DNA from: Eledone cirrhosa
Lineage: Eukaryota
NCBI GenBank assembly: GCA_964016885.1
Contig: OZ024761.1
Coordinates: forward strand, 28,210,001 to 28,274,000
Direction of reading: 5' to 3'
DNA: 64,000 nt
Position numbers and translations under genes: made by a program. This document shows, in pieces, positions 59,398 to 64,000 of the stretch (within the stretch, counting starts at the first letter, position 1; each line of letters begins with the position of its first letter). The notes under the pieces were generated by a model. The model was not told where the DNA came from, did no database searches, and saw nothing but the letters and a program-made list of their open reading frames with translations.

Positions 59398-59659
59398 ATA
59401 TATATATATATATAATCATCATCATCATTGTTTAACGTCCATCTTCCATGCTAGCATGGGTTTGGATGGGAATCTTCCTACTTGAGGCAAGATTGGTTGT
59501 CTTGCTCATAAAGGACTGTCTGGCGGGTTTTCTATGGCTGGATGCCCTTCCTAACACCAACCACGTTTACAGTGTGGACTGGGAGGTTTTTACCATGTTA
59601 CCTACACGGCCACATTACAGCGTGGACTGTGCGTTTTTTTGTCATGACACCTAATATAC

Positions 59660-59728
<69 letters not shown>

Positions 59729-59741
59729 CATATATATATAC

Positions 59742-59772
<31 letters not shown>

Positions 59773-61502
59773 CACACACTCACACACTTTAGAGTGTGGT
59801 CTGGATGTTTTTGTGATACCATCATAACTTTACAGTGCCAGGATGGTATGGACAGAAGTGGGATGGTGGTGTACAGGCGTGGAGGGGTGCATGGAAAGGT
59901 GTATGGTGGTTAAGTGGTTAAGTGGAGCCTACTGGATGTATGTTTGAGTCCGTGTGCAAGGGAAGCTGTGTCTTCTGTATTACTACATAATGCCATCACT
60001 TATTTACATAAATTTCAAGTTGATGAAAATTGTCAAAATATTGAGCTCGAATATAAACTGGCACCTCTTCTAACATCTAGTTTTTGTCAGATATTTCTCA
60101 GCTTATATTCAAGAAGTAGGCCACCCGTGACCTATTGGGTCACGTTCATTTAAAGATGTTATTAAATAATCAAAACATACACAGACATGTATAAAATGTG
60201 AAATGAAACTGGAAGGCCCATATATCATCATCATCATCATCATCGTTTAACGTCCATGTTCCACGCTTGCATGGGTTTGGACGGGAGTTTTCCCACTTGA
60301 GGCAAGAGTGGTTGTCATTGCTCGCATAGGACTGCCTGGCGGGTTTTCTACAGCTGGATGCCCTTCTTAACACCAACCACATTTATATATATATATATAT
60401 ATATGAAAAATATATATATCAACTAGAAATAGATTGACATATATATATATATAAAATAAACATATGGAACATATGAAAATTAAATTAATATGAAATGCTG
60501 ATATGAAATGTTGATATGAAATGCTCGGATCTATTCAGTGGAATCTTTGAGCTTATTCTACAGTGGTTATGGTGCATGTCTCTCAGACATGACAAACCTT
60601 AATTGTAGAGCCCCTTAATTGTAGAGCTAACTCAGTTGAATGGACTCGGTGGCTATTTCTAGCTGTCGATAATCCTATTCATGCCACTGGGATGACGCTG
60701 TGTGATGCGTGTATTTTTTAAAAATGCAACACGTGGTTCGAGTCATTCACAGATTTGCATTTGCTGTGTAAACGCAGATGGTTATTTCTTCTCTTTTGGT
60801 GACCATCCAGCATTTGACTACTGTGATTTACTGATTAATTGGTGAAATATATTTTTTACTTAAAGAAATATATACAAAGGAGATTAATCATTTTAAAAGG
60901 TATCTATATTTGAAGTTCTAGTTAAACTTTAATTGGTTACCTACCTAGCTATGTGTGCTTACATTCTTTACAAATTATTCCCTGTGATTGTTCCATATGT
61001 TTATTTTATTTATATATATGTCAATCTATTTCTAGTTGATATGAAATGCTCGGATCTATTCATTGGAATCTTTGAGCTTAACCTACAGTGGATATGGCGC
61101 ATGTCTCTCAGACATGACAACCCTTAATTTAATTTTGCTAGCATGGAAGAACGGACGTAAAACGGTGATGATGATGATGATATATATATATATTTATATA
61201 TATATATCAATGATATTAATAAATGGAAACTATATTTATAAAACAATATTTATTCTATTATATATATTTCAAGGGTACCAAGACTTTGGTACGCTCTCAT
61301 CAAATAAAATACAAAATGTGTTTTATAAATAGTGACATATCCAGGAATCAGACATTAACAGTTCAGGTTCCGTTTGGATATTGATAGGATAGAGGAAAAA
61401 AGAAAAAAGAGGAAGAAAGGAAAAAAACAAATATTTCAAATTATTTTGATGAATATGCAAATGAAGTTGGGGAATTACCAACAAATTAAATATCTCTCTG
61501 CT

Positions 61503-61565
<63 letters not shown>

Positions 61566-61722
61566 ATGTATATGTGTATACATATATCTTTTACTCTTTT
61601 ATTTTACCTGTTTCAGCCATCCGACTGAGGCCATGCTGGGGCACCGCCCTTGATATATATATATATGTATGTGTGTGTATATATATATGTGGGTGTCTGT
61701 GATCTATATACACTGGTCATAG

Positions 61723-61753
<31 letters not shown>

Positions 61754-61765
61754 CACATACACACT

Positions 61766-61801
<36 letters not shown>

Positions 61802-62369
61802 ACAACACCACCAGCTCTCTCTCTCTCTCTCTCACTTCCATTCTCCTTCTCTGTCTCCTCTCCCTCTATGTCTCTCTTTCAATCTACCCTCTCACAACCA
61901 CTATCTCTTTCTCTCTATCCTTCTCTCTCTCTATTTATCTCTCTCTATTTATGAAGATACCTCTATTTATCTCGGCAACCTGTGCTCCGATTTACGCGAA
62001 ACTTGTTTTACTCCATTTGTATTCCCATTTCAGGGTCAACTTCCTTTCAAAGTATTTTCCCATTATGCTCCCTTTTGGCTGTATTACATTACAGACAAGC
62101 AAGCAAGCAATCACAGAGCATTGATATTATATAGATATACGGTAAGCGGCAGAAGGAAAATAAGCAAAACATTTTGAAAATTCAGCATCTAACCAATTCT
62201 TTATGGAAGATCCTTGTTTTGTAGGAAACAATTTCACAGAATGAAGAATGACAGATGAAAGAAAGTCTTGACAGTTTAGTTGTATATAATGTCTGTAGTT
62301 TAATGCAGGTGGTTTTGTTTCTGAATTAGAAGAGACCAGATTTGGAAGGGAGGGCGGAGGGAGATTATG

Positions 62370-62990
62370 TATGTGAGAGTGATAGAGAGATGGAGAGAGT
62401 GTGTGTAGGAGAGAGAGACACACAAGGAGAGTGTGTAAGAGAGAGAGAGAAAGACAAGGAGAACGTGAGTAAGAAAGAGAGAGAGAGAGAGTGTGTGAGA
62501 GCGATAGAGAGATGGAGAGAGTGTGTGTAGGAGAGAGAGAGAGACACAAGGAGAGTGTGTAAGAGAGAGAGAGAGAAAGACAAGGAGAACGTGAGTAAGA
62601 AAGAGAGAGAGAGAGTATGTGTGAGAGTGATAGAGAGATGGAGAGAGTGTGTGTAGGAGAGAGAGAGACACAAGGAGAGTGTGTAAGAGAGAGAGAGAGA
62701 GAAAGACAAGGAGAACGTGAGTAAGAAAAAGGGAGAGAGAGTATGTGTGTGAGAGAGATGGAGAGAGTGTGTGTAGGAGAGAGAGAGAGAGAGACAAGGA
62801 GAGTGTGTAAGAGAGAGGGAAAGACAAGGAGAATGTGAGTAAGAGAGAGAGAAAGAGTATGTGTGTGAAAGATATGGAGAGAGTGTGTGTAGGGGAGAGA
62901 GAGAGAAGGAGAGTGTGTAAGAGAGAGAGACAAGGAGAATGTGAGTAAGAGAGAAAGAGAGAGTGTGTGTGTGTCAGAGAGAAAGAGAAA
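62370..62990. repeat. GA-rich ~120 bp tandem repeat
   Basis: gatggagagagtgtgtgtaggaga...caaggagaacgtgagtaag occurs about five times. Confidence 0.85.
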
Positions 62991-63020
62991 CATAGATATA
63001 TATATGTGTATACATATATA

Positions 63021-63903
63021 CGAGGTGTGTGAGAAAAGTTCCAGGACTGATGTCACAAAAGATTTATTTTAAACCCAAACTTCACACTAAGAGTTTTCTC
63101 CTTCAAAGTAATCCCCCTGGAGTATGTAACTGTAATCTTAGCTCTCTGCAGCGATCAAACTTTTTTCTTCATAATTTTATATACATGTCCTCTATTTCAG
63201 GTTGTCAAGCAATGAGCACAGAGTAACGAACAAACTTGAAGTTTCTTGTACGGTTGGGGAAAACTCTGTCAGAAGCACTGGGATTGCTGCAGCAAGTGTA
63301 TGGAGATAAGATGTCACGCTCACGTGTTTTTGAGTGGTGCAAGATGACCCCAGGAGCGGAAGGCCCTCAACAACCAGGACTGAGGTCAACATTGAGCGCG
63401 TCAGGCAGATGGTGCATAGCGATTGTCGGCTGACTGTTCGATTGATGGCAAATGAGCTGGGCATGAATCGAGACAGCGTCTGGAATATTCTCACTGAAGA
63501 TTTGGACATGCGGAAAGTCTGTGCGAAGATGGTGCCAAAACTGCTGAACGATGACCAGAAGGGTCGACACATGAAAGTGTGCCAGGACATCCTCCAGTGT
63601 CTTGAAACCAAACCAGACTTGGAAGGGACAGTCATCACCGGTGATGAGTCATGGATCTTCGAGTACGACCCGGAGGGGATGCGTTTTGAAGACGTGGGCG
63701 ACATCAAAAAAGCCGTGACGACGGAACTGCGGAGGATCCCGGAAGAATCCTTCCAGGAGTGCATGCAAGCGTAGCCGAAAAGGATGGAAAAGTGCATTAG
63801 ACTCCAGAGGGATTACTTTGAAGGAGAAAAATCTTAGTGTGAAGTTTGGGTTTGAAATAAATCTTTTGTGACATCAGTCCTGGAACTTTTCTGACACACC
63901 TCG
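63021..63903 (+). mobile_element. Internally deleted mariner derivative with ~100 bp TIRs
   Basis: TA flanks on both sides, inverted ends 63021-63123/63801-63903, and transposase remnants DDPRSGRP, MVPKLL and ITGDESWIFEYDPE fused directly to the C-terminal segment. Confidence 0.9.
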
Positions 63904-64000
63904 TATACACACAAGCACGTATATATTCCCTTTTCTCGTTAACAAGCCTACTACTCGACCACATGGATATATATATAAATACAATCACGTCTCTGTGCAT

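Noticed and set aside
62141-62320. Possible 180 bp minus-strand exon (ETKPPALNYRH...)
   Set aside because: Plausible acceptor but weak donor (ACC|GTATAT) and no recognisable homology.

Overview
AT-rich eukaryotic DNA dominated by microsatellites and repeats. The SINE/LINE repertoire suggests an octopus or other cephalopod, which is an inference. Almost all listed ORFs are artefacts of (TA)n/(CA)n/(GA)n/(GGT)n repeats. Recognisable content: one probable minus-strand host exon (9088-9384), several RTE-clade LINE fragments, a CR1-type LINE 3' end, a CRE-like endonuclease fragment, a hAT transposase relic, two mariner elements, two tRNA-derived SINE families and many minisatellites. The main unexplained signal is a dense, multi-family set of short non-coding elements inserted in (TA)n tracts. 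They carry type I hammerhead ribozyme motifs (about 15-20 found by eye, several with intact cores). They repeatedly form asymmetric fold-back inverted repeats or terminally redundant monomers, as expected of Penelope-like or retrozyme-like mini-retroelements. All coordinates and structures were read by eye.
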